Of a DNA stretch of 64,000 nucleotides, positions 48,960 to 63,678 are shown in pieces. Below the pieces are notes generated by a model, which was given only the letters and a program-made list of their open reading frames with translations, had not been told where the DNA came from and did no database searches. The translations under genes and the position numbers were made by a program. Position 1 is the first letter of the stretch. Each line of letters starts with the position of its first letter. The stretch comes from Antedon mediterranea. Its lineage: Eukaryota; Animalia; Echinodermata. The DNA lies in assembly GCF_964355755.1 (NCBI RefSeq), contig NC_092674.1:21700001-21764000 (forward strand), in the 5' to 3' direction.

Positions 48960-49623
48960 TTAAAATCAAAATTACAAACGACTCAAAACAAAATGGTTCG
49001 TTTTATAAAAAAGTTAGGTCCCCGATCTCATGTTGGTCAATCTCAGCTAAACGACGTTGGTATGTTAAAAGTCCAAGACCGTGTCGAATTTCTTAGAGTC
49101 TGTCATGTTTTTAAAATATATAATCATTGTTGTCCACCTTATTTATGCAATCGTTTTATTAGAATTTCAGACAGTCATAATTACAATACTAGGGGATGCA
49201 ATTTTAATTTTAGAATCCCAACTATCAAGCCAATGGCACATGTGACCTTTTTTTACAATGCTATTAAAGAATGGAATAATTTACCAATTAACATTAAGGA
49301 ATCACAAACTGTTTGTTGTTTTAAAAGTAAAGTTAAAAAGTATCTACAGGAACGTTCACTAGCTCTAGAAACTATTTAATTAGCGCTTCTTCTTTTTTCG
49401 ATTGTCCTTTTTGCTGTTTTTTGTCATTTTTATTATGTTGCTTTGTTTGTCTTTTTTGCTGTTCTTTCAAAGGACCTCATTGGAAACAAGTCCGTAGAGG
49501 ACTTTTATGAGTTATCCTTGGCATCCTTGTTTTATATTGGTATTTTTATATTTGTCAATTTTAATTGTATGTCTGTGATATTTTATGTACTGATGCCGAA
49601 ATAAATCAAATCAAATCAAAATC
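48960..49623 (+). mobile_element. LINE 3' fragment (CR1/L2 group)
   Basis: KLQTTQNKMVRFI..HNYNTR..FFYNAIKEWNNLP..FKSKVKKYL, AATAAA and (ATCAA)n tail. Confidence 0.85.
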
Positions 49624-49809
49624 ATATTTTATTTGTATTTTAATATTAATAACTAACTAAATATATTTACATTATATATTATCGAATCATTAATAATTTA
49701 CGTTTGCATCATAATCTACATACTATTGAACCTCTATGTCTCATTTATTACGTACTATTTATTTATTTGTTTATTTTATCCTCTTGACCCGACGTTTCTT
49801 GAGCACTCT

Positions 49810-50375
49810 CCTATCGAATCTTTATACAGTATTGCATTAATAATTTACGTACGGTATTGGCGAATATTTATATCTCATTTACATACTATCGAATCTTCAT
49901 ACAGTATTGCAATAATAATTTACGTACGGTATTGCCGAATCTTTATATCTCATTTACATACTATCGAATCTTTTTACAGTATTGCAATATAATAATTTAC
50001 GTACGGTATTGCCGAACATTTATATCTCATTTACTATCGAATCCTTATACAGTATTGCATTAATAATTTACGTACGGTATTGCTGAATCCTTGTATCTCA
50101 TAGAATCTTTTTACAGTATTGCAATAATAATTTACGTACTATTAAGGTATTGCCGAATCTTTATATCTCATTTACATACTATCGAGTCTTTATACAGTAT
50201 TGCATTAATAATTTACGTACGGTATTGCCGAATATTTATATCTCATTTACATACTATCGAATCTTTTTACAGTACTGCATTAATAATTTACGTACGGTAT
50301 TGCCGAATCTTTATATCTCATTTACATCAAATCTTTATACAGTATTGCAATAATAATTTACGTACGGTATTGCCG
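49810..50375. repeat. Minisatellite, ~75-bp unit, about 8 copies
   Basis: atcgaatctttatacagtattgcattaataatttacgtacggtattgccgaatctttatatctcatttacatact repeated. Confidence 0.9.
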
Positions 50376-53300
50376 ATAATAACAAATATATATATTTTGA
50401 TTTGATATATTTTACTGAAAAAATATATATATTATTCTTAATAATTGGCATATTATATATTATACAATAAAAACACCACAATGTTTTTTATTGACTTTAT
50501 TAAACATATAGGCCTATATCATTTAGAACAGTTAAAGTAAGTAATCATCGATTCGCCATTTCGTTTAAAAGAAGGTATCACATTCAATCTGTCAAAAAAG
50601 AGAATATATTACATAATATTAATAATGTAAGTTGTTATTTACGTCCGAGGAAAAGAAAACCTGACGATCGAAACAATGACAATCAAAAATGACAAAACAA
50701 CGACAATCAAAGCGCACACGGCGTTCCATACAAATTACCGTTATTGAACTAGCGGCCGCTTTGGTTGGCGGCCGCTTCGACCGTAATCCCCCAGTCAGGC
50801 CTAGGCCTAGTACTACTAGGCCTACTAGCTTAGCTGGAGTCCATTTGTTATTGTCCACTAATGAAAAGTGAGCTTTTTTTTTCTAGGCCTACCTTACAGC
50901 AGGGGAGGAATACAAATGACATGGGCTCATATTAGGTAGATAGGTTTCCTACTACAAACAACTAGGCCTATCCTCATTATCTGTTTTTTTATTATTTTAT
51001 TTTTTTAATATGACTATTTTACAGACTAGGGCCTAGGCCTACTCGTAACTATACTGCCTAACTGCAGGTCAGGTCTGGCGGACTAGTCACTATACAGTCT
51101 TTTACTAATACCACTGCCACCACCGCCCACTACTATACTTTGAAGACTGAAATCAGCTACTACTAGCCTAGTCTACTACTAGACCTATTGGTAGTTTGTC
51201 TTCAAATCACAGACATCTAGATTGCTAGATTGACCTATTTAAATTTTTGTTTTTTTTAATTATTTTTTGAATGAATGAGTCTTATCCAGACAGTTCGGAC
51301 AGTTAGTAGGTTGGCAGTATAGTAGAGCCAGAGCTATTGTTACTGTATGTTATTAATTATGTCACCTATTTAAATCTCAATTTTTCCATATTTTTTGCAT
51401 GTATTAAAGATTGTGTAGTGTATCTTCTGATCAATGTTATAGTACAGTAGCATGCACATTAACTAGGGTAAGTAACAGATAGGCCCAACCTACAATTGAA
51501 GAATAATACTTTACATACAACCCACTAGGCCTACATCTTTTAGGACATTTTTCAATATGACCAAGATACTGTAAAATCCCAAGAAGCAGCCTATTTAGAA
51601 AAAGTATTTGTATGCAAAAGTAATCTTCGGAAAAGAAGGATACAATTTAGTCAAACATTTTCAGAGAGACAAACTGAATTTTATCAGTACCGTAGTAGAA
51701 AAACTGACAATACATGAAAATTAATTTTTAACATTCTGATTTGAAATATTCTATTCATTTGAATTGCTAAGAAATTAAAAGTAGATATTTTTTTTTCATT
51801 CATTATAAACATTACAATCACAGTACAAAGAATAGATAAATCCACTAACAAATTCATGCAGAAAATATTTCAAAATTTAATTGAATGTTATATTATTAAA
51901 GCATTCATAATTCAATAAAGCATTTGTCTTTAAAACATTTAATATCAGTTTTCATATAGTGAGTATGGTAATAATTGACTCTAACAACTGGTATAAACTT
52001 AAATTTAGTAAAACAATCCTACATATCTTTTTTTAAATGCAATAAAATATTTAAACATAACTGTTTCCCACCATACTGTTTCCCACCATACAACATGAAA
52101 ATTTGTCTCAGCATTACTAAGATTGAAGTTACTTGCATTATAAAATACTTAAACATTATTATAGTATTTAAATGCTTCCTTTTTTTTTATTATAGGCATA
52201 CAGATGTTTGATATTCTGCTCATATACAGTATGCTGCTGAAATGAAAAAGTACATCACTTCAACATATTATTTTTTATCATAATCATCGATCAATAATTA
52301 TAGTAATAAACATAATAATTATGGTGCATTTTATTTATCCTTGCTATTTTTTAAATTGTAGTTTAACCATGCTTTTACACTTTTAAAATTAATATAATTC
52401 AGTATTTTTTAAATGTGATTTAGATTTTGAATAAACTGTTCTGAATACAGAACAAAGGTGTTGCTTGTACACTGCGTGTATGTAAACTTGCTTTATTGTC
52501 GTATTTCTTATTATTAAACATTAAAATTGATTCATTTAATTAAACAATATAATAAATGGATGAGATGTGCTGCTGTTGATACACTTTAGACTGGGATGGT
52601 TTGTCATTGAGCTATGTGGATCCAGAAGGGGAGGACCTAAAATGACGAAATGAAGTGCTGAACTGTGATGTCTTTTTCAATATTAAATTGATTTTTATTA
52701 TTACTGTTAACAAAACAAAATAAGTCCAAAGAAAAAAAAATACAACAATTACATTGAAACACCAATGCATTTATAAAAATAACAGTTTACATTTTCATTA
52801 TCTTAAAAAAATAAAACTTTATCAATATTATTATTAGAGTATTATGGGGTATTTTTTATTTTTGTAAAAGAACGTGTGGATTTGGTGATTTATTTAAACT
52901 TGCAATAGTATGGTAAGTTGCGTAATGTCTGTCCGTACTATCAAACCTAAAATGAAGTTCAAATTAAATTATTTGTTGCTGAATAAATTTCACATTTCAA
53001 TATTATTAGTGGACAATAACAAATGGACTAGGCCTAGGCTAGTAGTACTAGTAGGCCTATAGAGGTAGCCTAACTAACAGGACTAGCCTAGCTAGGCCTA
53101 GCCTAGGCTAGAAAGACTTAAATATTTATATACTAATTAGGCCTCCTAGGTAGCCTCGAAGTCTGAACAGAAAGCAAATTAGTATTACTTCTACTCGCGA
53201 AATAAACTACGTATGTACGAGTACGCCAAAAAAATCACCTATTATGGACAACACAATGGATGGCGCACTACTCCAATAAACTCGCCTATTGTGGACAAAA

Positions 53301-55959
53301 AGTCACCTATTTTGGACAGCCAATTATGAAAGTCACCTATTATGGACAAACAACAGCGCCCTCTAGTCCCTATTATGGACAGAAAGTAACCTATTATGGA
53401 CAGAAAAGTTACCTATTATGGACAGATTTCACCAACCCCGCTCCATTTGTCTCATTTTAATATATGTCACGCTAGGCTGAACAACACTCTCATGAATATT
53501 AAACAGTTGATTATGTCATACTATACAACTGGAATTTAACTTATAAGCAAAAATATCCTCCAATGTGGATTTAAAATGCAGTTTTAAAACGCAGCCTGTG
53601 TTAAAAATTTGGGATTTTTCAGATTCCATTTTGGCCCCCATTGGTTCAAAAAGGCGAATAATTTTTCAATTCCCACTTCTAGTGAAAATTTTAGTATGGT
53701 TTTGTCTATGTGTATGTATGTGTAAAACAATTATCTTAAAAGATACTGTACAGATTTGTATTGTATTAGTTTGACCGGTGAACTGTAGGAACATTGTAGT
53801 ATATAGTCTGTTTATGATCAGATCATACATAAGAAAGTAGGATTGTATATAAAGTTGTGATAAAGTATCCATGTCTATGTTAAAGACACTTAAATACTAA
53901 TATAAATGATTAGGAATGTGACTCAAGTTTCTGTCATTTTAAAGGGGCCATGATTTCATTAATTCCATAAACTAACTCATCCCAAATGTATGTGATGAGG
54001 TCATAATTAATTAAGGCACCTTAAGGGTACCATTTCTCTTTATTTAGTTATAGTTATAGCCTACCTAGAAAACATGACACTGTATTTGATGTCAGTAATT
54101 GTTTATTTAAAAAAAATGTGTTTTTTATCTGACACATCTTTTAGACTTGTAATAAAATTGTATTGAAGAAATACACAAGAAATACAGGTGTATTAGGTAT
54201 AGGCCTAATCTGACTGAAAGTTCAATTTGAAAGCACTTAAATTGAAAAATGAAAAATCCAGTTTATTCATAATAATCATTACATAATATTTGATACAATA
54301 AATAATATCTTGTTTTAACTTTTCCATCCAAGTCAAACAATTACGGCCCAATACAAGTGAAAGTGAAACTTATGAATATTCAAGAGGTAAAATCCCAGTA
54401 TAGTATGACGTAATCAACTGTTTATTATTCATGAGAGTGTTGTTCAGCCTAGCGTGACATTATATTAAGGAGGCAAATGTGACCGAGGAAGAAGAGATTA
54501 CCATGTAAAACCGACTTAGACCCCATTTACACTTTAGCGAGCCCGAGGCCGGCTCCAAGCCAAAAGTGCACAAGTGTAAACACTCTGGGAACAACCGAGC
54601 CGGCTCAATTTTGAGCCTAGTCTGGAGTAGGCTTTGGGCCGGCAATTGCGGGCTTCGGGCCGGCACTTCGTATATAGACCGGGCGCCCGGAAGATTTATT
54701 CATGTGAAAAGATACAAAAGGTTTGATGATGTAGTTAGGTGCGTATTAGGGCGAGATGCAATATTCGACATTGCTGCCGGGTCACAGCCTGTACATATGG
54801 GCCTGTGGGGATCATAACATAGGGGGGTAAAAATGCATTTATTTATGTGAAGCGATACAAGGATAAACTTTTTTGGATATCATTTGCAGTGGGCTACTAA
54901 TGATAACATCACCAATGACAGCAACTTTATCCTGTACGGGGCGCCAAACAGCAACATTTTAGGGCCACGCCCAAATGGGTTTATTCATGTGAAGCGATAC
55001 AAGGTTGAATCTTTTTTTTAATGGCAGCAGTATTGGGGATGTCAAAAACACCAATGACAGCAACTTTATCCTGTACATAAGCTCAGACAGCAGCCCTAAA
55101 GGTCCGCAGTTTCCCCCTATTTGGCTATATACTCGGCGCGTATGTCGTCTAATGGCGTTCAGCTGAGTTAGAAATACGTGATACGGACTCGGACTGACAA
55201 TAAATACACAGTAGAATGCTAAAACAATCAATAAAGAGAGCAGTTGTTTCCTGTACCAAATCATCAAACATCAAACTCTTAGGAACTCGCCCAAAATCGG
55301 TTTATCCATGAAGTGTGTAGGCCCTAATCATTTTTGAAAAAATGTTTTTTTTTTCACTTTATCCGGTACACAGCAGCTCAAATGCCCGAGGCTCCATTCG
55401 TGATTAATAATGTTGATAATACAAACACATTCACGATAACGAGTGACTTTTATTTTATAATTGAAATATATCTTTATTTTGGAATAATAAATAACACCAA
55501 CAAAAACACTTAAAATAACCAACAGCAGATTTGTATTTTAGGGTAACATTTTGAACAATCAATATTATATCAAAATAATTATTTCGATCAAAATAATATA
55601 ATTTAAGAATATTTTTCAGATAAACTAAATAATTACACTCATAATGATCGACACCGGTACCGATTATTGTACATTATTATTATAACTCGATTTAAATATT
55701 GTTTCAATTACACACTAGACACTAGTGATATGTCTATATTATGAAAAAAGGCAACGAAATCTAAATTTCAACATTTTTTAACATAACATAACATAATAGT
55801 AAAGTAAATAATAGTTCGAATTCAACATAACCACTTAGAGAATTGGTAAGGTATAGATTAGACTATCGATTGCACACTATTACTGTATTTTAACTCAATT
55901 TAAATTTTAAAAAAGTAACCGTTTTCATGTGAATTAGACTGATAAAAACCAACAAATAA

Positions 55960-56640
55960 CTGAATCTGCCAACATTTTAAACATCGTTACTTGTCCATAT
56001 CGACTACTGTATCGATTACTGCACATTGTTTTACTTTAACTGAAACAAAGTCAAATTTGTAATTGTTACTGTACTAACATTAGACAGTGATATCTGATAA
56101 AAGGCAAAATTAATTAATATTAATAATACTGAACCAAATTAAATATCGTTACTTATCCACAATGGATCGACCACTGTATTGATTATTGCACATTATTTTA
56201 CTAACTAACATAAGAAAGTTATATCTGATAAAACGCAACAAACTGAATCGAATTAAATATCGTTACTTATCCATAATGGATCGACTACTGTATTGATTAC
56301 TGCACATTATTTTACTATAACTGCCCTAGTCAAATTTAAAATTGTTACTGTACTAACATTAGACAGTGATATCTGATAAAATGCAACATACTCAGGACCA
56401 AATTAAATATCGTTACTTATCCATAATGGATCAACTACTGTATCGATTATTGCACATTATTTTACTATAACTGCCCAAGTCAAATTTAAAATGTTTATTG
56501 TACTAACATTATACAGTGATATCTGATAAAAGGCAACATTAATAATACTGGACAAAATTAAATATCGTTACTTATCCAAAATGGATCGACTACTGCATTG
56601 ATTATTGCACATTATTTTTCTCTAACTGAACCCAGGTCAA
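55960..56640. repeat. Degenerate tandem repeat, five 115-165-bp units
   Basis: aaatatcgttacttatccataatggatcgactactgtattgattattgcacattattttact recurs. Confidence 0.8.
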
Positions 56641-57293
56641 ATATTTTACATGCAGTGTAACTACCGACACACTGTAAAAGCACAATTGAGCAAAGACATC
56701 GAGGTTAGTCCAGGACTAAATCCAGAGATAATCCAGGACTAAAGTTAGTCCCCTTTCATGAATACGGGCCGTAGAGTTTAACATAATATAGAAATTCATT
56801 AAAAAAATGCTACTCAGGAAATATTTGAAAACAAATGGACAAATTTAAATTGTTTATTTCTTGACGGTATACTACAATGTATTTATTTATACAATATTCA
56901 TAGTATGAAATAAAATAAAAATAAAATAAATAAAAATTTTCAATGTTAGAAGATAGCTTTTTTTAAAGTTTTTTTTGGTTCTCTGTGCTGTCATAGAAGA
57001 ATGTATTATAAGGTAACTTACGCAAATAAATGATGTTACTAATAATAAAACGAAGAAAAAAAAGATGGATAGAGGAGAAAGAAAAAACTCAAAATATTTT
57101 ATCAATATAGAATAGAATAATTTTAACAAAAAACATATCACAGAACTGATAAATTTAAGAAAGGTTGTTGGTATCGTGTTACGAAGATACGTATGCGAGT
57201 TTAGGTATAGAAACAACTGCTATTCTATTTTTTAATCGCATAAAATCATTTAAAAATACAGTATCACTTATATGTTTGCAGCTGTCTAAAAGG

Positions 57294-57585
57294 AACATGA
57301 GAAATAACCAAATGAACATGAGAAATAACCAAATGAACATGAGAAATAACCAAATGAACATGAGAAATAACCAAATGAACATGAGAAATAACCAAATGAA
57401 CATGAGAAATAACCAAATGAACATGAGAAATAACCAAATGAACATGAGAAAAAACCAAATGAACATGAGAAATAACCAAATGAACATGAGAAATAACCAA
57501 ATGAACATGAGAAATAACCAAATGAACATGAGAAATAACCAAATGAACATGAGAAATAACCAAATGAACATGAGAAATAACCAAA
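57294..57585. repeat. 21-bp minisatellite, ~14 near-perfect copies
   Basis: aacatgagaaataaccaaatg repeated. Confidence 0.95.
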
Positions 57586-60500
57586 CAATTATACCGTCGT
57601 CTTACTCTCTCCTTCTCTCTCTCTGGTCTAAGATAAATTCCCGATTCGAAGTCGAACAGACGAAGCAATTTCCGACCACAGATAGTCTACTTGTTATTGA
57701 AATTGGTATTATAAATTTGTTTATACATTTTAACATAAAAGGAAACATTTGAACCACAGCGATAATACTGAAATGAATTATACAAGAACATTCAAACAAA
57801 TTCTTCCTTATTTCTGATATGCCAATTCTCATTGAGTAGGCCTAAACGTAGAAATTTCAACCTCAAAATGATTATCTTTAGAGTTTACAAATTTAGCCGA
57901 TTTTTCCTATACTTTCTAAGTTTTTCCAATATTATGTAAAGTCCGTGATGTTTTACACTGTCCTGTATCAACCTAGCCCTAATCCCAACCTTCATGATTC
58001 ATGATTGGACAGTATTGTAATAATGTGGATAGCACTGAGCGAGAGCAATGGCATTTAAACAAAATAAAAGAATGTAGTAGATTAATAGTATTAGTTACCG
58101 TAATAATTTTAAAAGAATAATTAGAGACATGATGAATGTAACATTTGAATAAAAAACGTATTTTAATTATTAGGCCTATCGATCTACTATTAACGTACAT
58201 TCTATAGTAGTAGTGGATATGATTAGACCTACCGTGTAGGCCTAATTAAGTTTTGAAAGAGTCTATTCAAACTACTTTGATGTAATAAGCGTCATTAAAA
58301 TATTGCAAGTAGGCCTATTGATCACATGAAAATCAATATTATTGATCAACAACTTGCCTAATTACATGTAATACAAATCTTCAACAACTGTTCTAAATAA
58401 TGATTGAACTGCAGTCCTAAATATTCTAAATAATGGCCGGTTGATCTAATAAAGTAAACGATTGGTTATAAAAATAGAATTGCAGAACTCTAATAATAAA
58501 AATAAAAAATGTCGTATAACATTTCTTCATATTTGAATAAACAACCTCCACCTCAAATAAACGTACGTAGAACAATGATTGAAATACACTCCCCGTCACA
58601 TACATATACTATTTCTTGAGAACTTATACAGTAAATCATAATTGATCCAAAAAAATAATGATATAGGCATATACACAATATTTCTATTTGTTACAGAATG
58701 TATTGACTTCCATGATCTACAATTTACCAAGAATTTTGATACAATTTTGACAGTATTTTATCACTTCTTGATATTAATTATGTTGGATTTTACATATCTA
58801 TGGGAATGTGTTTTTTTATACATGTTTATCATTAAAAATAAACGAATAAACGCCTCCTCCAATAAAAAAAAATAAAAACCTCTCGAAAACATGTAATAAT
58901 CGCCCGGAGCGCTTATTCGAATAAATATACGGTACTCTAGTATATCATCTTGATATATTCATCGGGCAATGGTTGCTTAGGTCGTTGTTTAATGGTCTGT
59001 TGACGTTTGTAATCGTCTATCGTCAAGTCAATTGATTCCTAAACATAACAAAGGAAGCAATTAAAAACGTTAATCAGTTTACCCCTCCCTTCTCATTGTT
59101 CACGTAATCGATTTAGCTGAGAGCTTGATCTAATCTATAAAAACTTTTCAAATCCAATTTAGGACTTCAAAAAGCTTTGTAAGTGTTCTTTTTTATTTTA
59201 TCCTTAATTATGTAGCCATAAATGGAATGTGTAATTGTTGAGAGGGCTTCAGGATTAGACACCTTTGAGTAGTTAGGTCGATGGTACAAGTTGGAACGTC
59301 ACGTAAAATCAATTCGAAAACACTCAATAACCTAAAAATCAACACAGGGTACAAAGGATAGAAAAAATATGGGAGCCATGGTAAGACACGGTTTAGGAAG
59401 TTTGTTTTCAAAGGGGCCCTTTTTATTTACTTTGTTGCGTATTGTATATACCATTTTTAACATCTTTTAACCCAGTTAGTTAGTCCTCTTTTATATGACT
59501 GTATTTATTAAAATAACTTACGTCAAGTGTATGTTTAATCTTATTATAGTTTTATACCAGTTTAACTCCATTTCACGTGTATTGCTTGTTATCTTTTTCT
59601 TGTAATTGGTAAAAATGGTTCTGATCAAATAAACAAATTTCTAAATCAATGCGAACGAACGAATCAACGTCAGAATGAATGAATGAATGATTGAACAAAT
59701 TTCATTCTTTCATATTGAATGAAAAACATTTCACCAGGAAATTAACAATATCAAGAAAAATGAATGAATGAACGAACTTTTTTGCATAAAATGATTCGGC
59801 GTACTCGGATATTGATCACACTAACATGATTTATTCATGTATCGTCAGTTATTAATTGCCTTTAATAATTAATACTCATTAATGGTCTGCTATTAAGAAG
59901 GAGTCGGTTTCACTAAGAACAACAACTATTCTTTTGTTGTAGTTAATGTAAATTGCTCTTCGGAAGCGCGCATGTATTGATTGTTATGTGTGTACTACCT
60001 ACAGCTGCTGTGGTTTTCCCATTATCATTTATTAACCAATGTTTAATGGAATAAATACAAGGTAGTATAATACAATTAGATGGGAATCACCGTCAATTGG
60101 CGTACCGTGGTTAAAATGCACTTTTGATAATTGCAAAGACGTTACCTTAATTTAACTTACGAAATGATTGTAAGCTAAACAGTTATAACCTGTTGGCATA
60201 ATATAGACGAAATAATGTTGAGCCATAGTGCCACCATACTATAGGCTACTTTCCCGTACCAAAACATGTCACCGTCGTGTTAAGCTGCAGTAAATTCTTT
60301 ATATAAATGTTGTTCAATTCTTAATATAAATTTCCTTTATTTAATTAAAGCTGTTTTGTCTCCCAAAAATATATAAAATAAAGATTCATTAAATTAAACT
60401 TTCAATAGGTTATTTTGTAGTTTTAATCAAGTTAATCTCTTCCGTAGAAAAAACCAGAAAAAATTATGATTTTTGTTTAAATTACAGTTTTTTCAGATGA

Positions 60501-61953
60501 ATTCATCTTTTTTCTATCCAATTTGTAGTCAAAGTGGATAACTATTATGTAACATTAAAATGTCATATTCAATAAAAACATTTTGAAGAATTTTTTTAGC
60601 TTTAAGCTCTGTCTCCACTATTAAAGAAAAGTGCGATGTGCCCAAATAATGGTATTGATATGACGTCATCTTGCCCATTTATGGGTACATCACATGTGTT
60701 GTTACATAAAGTTTAATAGTGGATTGTTGAATATTTTGTTTAGGTTGTATTTCTATTGGTAAGCCTTATCTAAAAGTCAACTCAAAAGAAATTCACAAAC
60801 AAAACTTATACATTTTCATATGGATTCTTTATGTCACAGTTTTAGATCAATTACTATGGACATCTAGAGCTAAGTGAATAATTGAACGATACTCTGTAAC
60901 TGTACAAGCTCTGAACAAGCAATTAATTATTGTTAATTGCCATCTTAATGAAATATCATTAAAAATTTAACTGCGTACATTAAGTATGATGAACGATCGA
61001 TTGACGAGAATACCATTAACACCAATATCACATTAACGACACTTGTCGTTTATTAAGAGTGTTTGAGTTCTATGTTTGCTCTTCCAAAAGCTTTCTTATT
61101 CAAAGATTTTAATTGAAGTATGCTACAGCATATTCAATGACCGTGTAATAATCGGCCTATTAAAATATTATTCTATTTATTATCCTACGTTTACATTTAT
61201 AAAATCCTACGTTTGCAAGATATACCAACACATATAACGATAGGATTCAGTGTGATTACGGTAGGATTGCAGACTTTTTTATTTCACCAATGATAATATC
61301 CATAAATTATTATTTTCTTTAGAAAACACGAACCCATAGAGTTTAAGTTTTAATCAAGTTATTACTTACGGAAAAAAAAAACGGAACAAATTATGTTTTC
61401 TCTTTAAAAAAAATCAAAATATATAAATTCAACCAAAACCACATTATCTGGCAGCTACTTTGATTATTTTTTCCTTTAAATTACATTTTTTTTTCTCATA
61501 GACTTTAAACATCCATCACTTTTTTTCGATGGAATAAACTTCTACAAACAGTTCAATATTTAGTACAAATTTTAATAAAATTATCATAATTCTTCATATA
61601 AATCATTTCTATGGTGTTTTTTCACCAATTTAATACTACAGTTTTATAGGAATAGAAGAATAGCTAAACCGCCAGGTGATATGACAGTTTAGTTTAAACG
61701 GTAATGATGGAACCGATATTGGGCCAGAAAACTACAGCTTAAATGATAAGCATACTCTGCAAATAATATAACATTCTTCTTTACTATTATTCCTAAGTCT
61801 ATTTAAGTGCCTACGGTGAGTTTGGAATCAATGACAGACTTATTTCAGACTAAATGGAAAAGAGTCTACATAATAGGAGAGAATTTGGATCCTAAATTAT
61901 TTTAAAATTAATTTTGGTAAAGGTGAATAACTTTGAAAAGTCTTAAACGGTAA

Positions 61954-63678
61954 CTATCGAACTACTGTTGTTCTAAAAGCATGTGACTTTTCAGAATGTT
62001 CTCTTGCTCGTAGTCTCAGAGATGCAATGCTGAAGTGTCTATGTTCTGATGATTCGCTAAATGCCGAATGTTCAGGAAAAGAAACACCAGAGGAATGCGA
62101 TCCAGATACTGCACTACCGGGACCATGAAAAGCACTTAACTCGGGAACAAATCCTGAACTAGGGTCAGAAAACATTTTTTGAGAATTATTGGTTGGAGTT
62201 CTGTTTTGAATTAGACCTAAAGGCGCTTTCAAATGATCTGCAAAATAGTGCGAATACGGTGATTGAATTAGGCCATGCGTCTGTGCTAAAATATGAAATG
62301 GATAAGGTACCGATACTAAAGGTAAATGAGCTGATAGCCTCTCATGGGCAGTTGCAAAACAATTTAGAAGTTCCTTTTCAGCTTGTTCAATAATGGCTGA
62401 TCGTCTGTTTTCTCGTGACACAAGAGAAATTGTTTGGCGGGAATGAATAGGCGGAACGACACCAGATTGCTTCTCCCGTTTTCTCCATTTTGCTCGCCTG
62501 TTTTGGAACCAAACCTACAGGAAATGAACAGAGTCAAACAATATGTTAACGGATATTTTTTTAATGAATATGATGAGGTGCATCGACAAGTGGATGGATG
62601 ATTTATTGATGGATAAATGATTATTGTATCATATTTTGTAGTTATTTATGTAACGTTCTTCGCTATAAATATATGTAGTTTGCAACGGAAGAATGGTTGA
62701 TGAATGGATTACAATTGGTTGGATGAACGGAAATCCATATTGATAGACAGGGACTAGAACATAAAATGATTGAAGGGAGTGACTTAACGGATACACTGCA
62801 GAAAGCATTCCCAAAGCTTACCTGAACTCTAGCCTCAGTCAGATCAATTTTTAGAGCTAGCTCTTCTCTGAAATTAAGATAAAATCTTTGAAAAAATGTA
62901 TCAATTTATGGATATTTGGATCATTTTTAAAATAATAATATTTCAGCCTTGTTTAAAGAAGGTAATCCTTCCAGTCTATCTAAGAGGTTAACTGATATTC
63001 AGGGCCGGCCTTCTTTAATGAACAATTATATATTTAACAACTCTCATAAATTATACAACATTAAATTAAATAATATTAGTGTCTTTGTAGTATCATGTAG
63101 CAAAAAATATCTCAATAAAAAAGTTTTTGTATATCGTTATCGATACATTCAAGACCTAAACGAGACGTGTTCTGTAAATGGGAAAAATGACGCCTTATAG
63201 GAGTGTCCACTGAATAGATAGGTATAAAATAAAGAGTTCTACTATAGGCCTAATGGAATGCAAATTAACATTGATGATGTGCAGTTCTATCTTACCTTGT
63301 AAAGACATCCGGATAGTGTGTTTTACCAAAAGCATTTTCCAGTTCCTCCAGCTGATGACTTGTGAAAGTAGTTCTGTATCTTCTCTGCTTCCGCCTGTCC
63401 TCCGCTCTACCATGCGAATGAAATCTGTCTACCACATCATCGACGTCAATGGTATCACTGTCATTATCTTGAGGACTTTCAAAACTCTCTAAAGAATCTG
63501 TCAAATCTTCATGATGTTTCAAACGCTGATGAGACTCGTTTGAAGAAAAGTCTGAATCAAAAGATTCTCGAAGTCTATTCCGTGAATCTTTTAGGCCTAA
63601 AGCCTGGGTAGATTCAGTCTGTTGTGAGTCTTTCGAATTTTGACAAGAACTATCCAGATGCTGGAACCCAGCCTCCAT
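61954..63678 (-). CDS. arx: Aristaless/Arx-type paired-class (Q50) homeobox protein with OAR domain; exons 63296-63678, 62822-62867, 61954-62514
   Basis: Homeodomain [32 protein letters not shown]|[15 protein letters not shown]|[14 protein letters not shown]. It has a 46-bp middle exon (as recalled for vertebrate ARX) and a C-terminal OAR motif [16 protein letters not shown]. The 5' end may extend upstream. Confidence 0.9.

Larger units (their letters stand above)
48710..50789. mobile_element. TIR element inserted in the left TIR of the previous element
   Basis: ~80-bp IR ggagtatggtcgaagcggccgccaaccaaagcggccgc.. / ..gcggccgctttggttggcggccgcttcgaccgtaatcc; cccagtc on both flanks. Confidence 0.8.
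48283..53443. mobile_element. Non-autonomous element with ~450-bp TIRs and 8-bp TSD (hAT- or P-like)
   Basis: gggttggtgaaatctgtccataatagg.. / ..cctattatggacagatttcaccaaccc; TSD catttgtc at 48275-48282 and 53444-53451; TIRs contain tgtccataatagg subrepeats. Confidence 0.85.
48252..54502. mobile_element. Outer MULE-like TIR element whose left TIR is split by the 48283-53443 insertion
   Basis: ggtaatctcttcttcctcggtcacatttg + (53452)..tgtcacgctaggctgaacaacactctcatgaata matches the reverse complement of 54426-54502; 9-bp TSD atataaaac/atgtaaaac. Confidence 0.8.

Noticed and set aside
49726-50405. Hydrophobic repetitive ORFs
   Set aside because: Translation of the ~75-bp minisatellite.
48272-53460. 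Duplicated ORFs MAHYSNKLAYCGQK.. on opposite strands
   Set aside because: They are the two TIRs of one non-autonomous transposon.
57165-57752. ORFs with MRNNQMN / MFIWLFL / HVHLVIS repeats
   Set aside because: Translations of a stop-free 21-bp minisatellite open in several frames.
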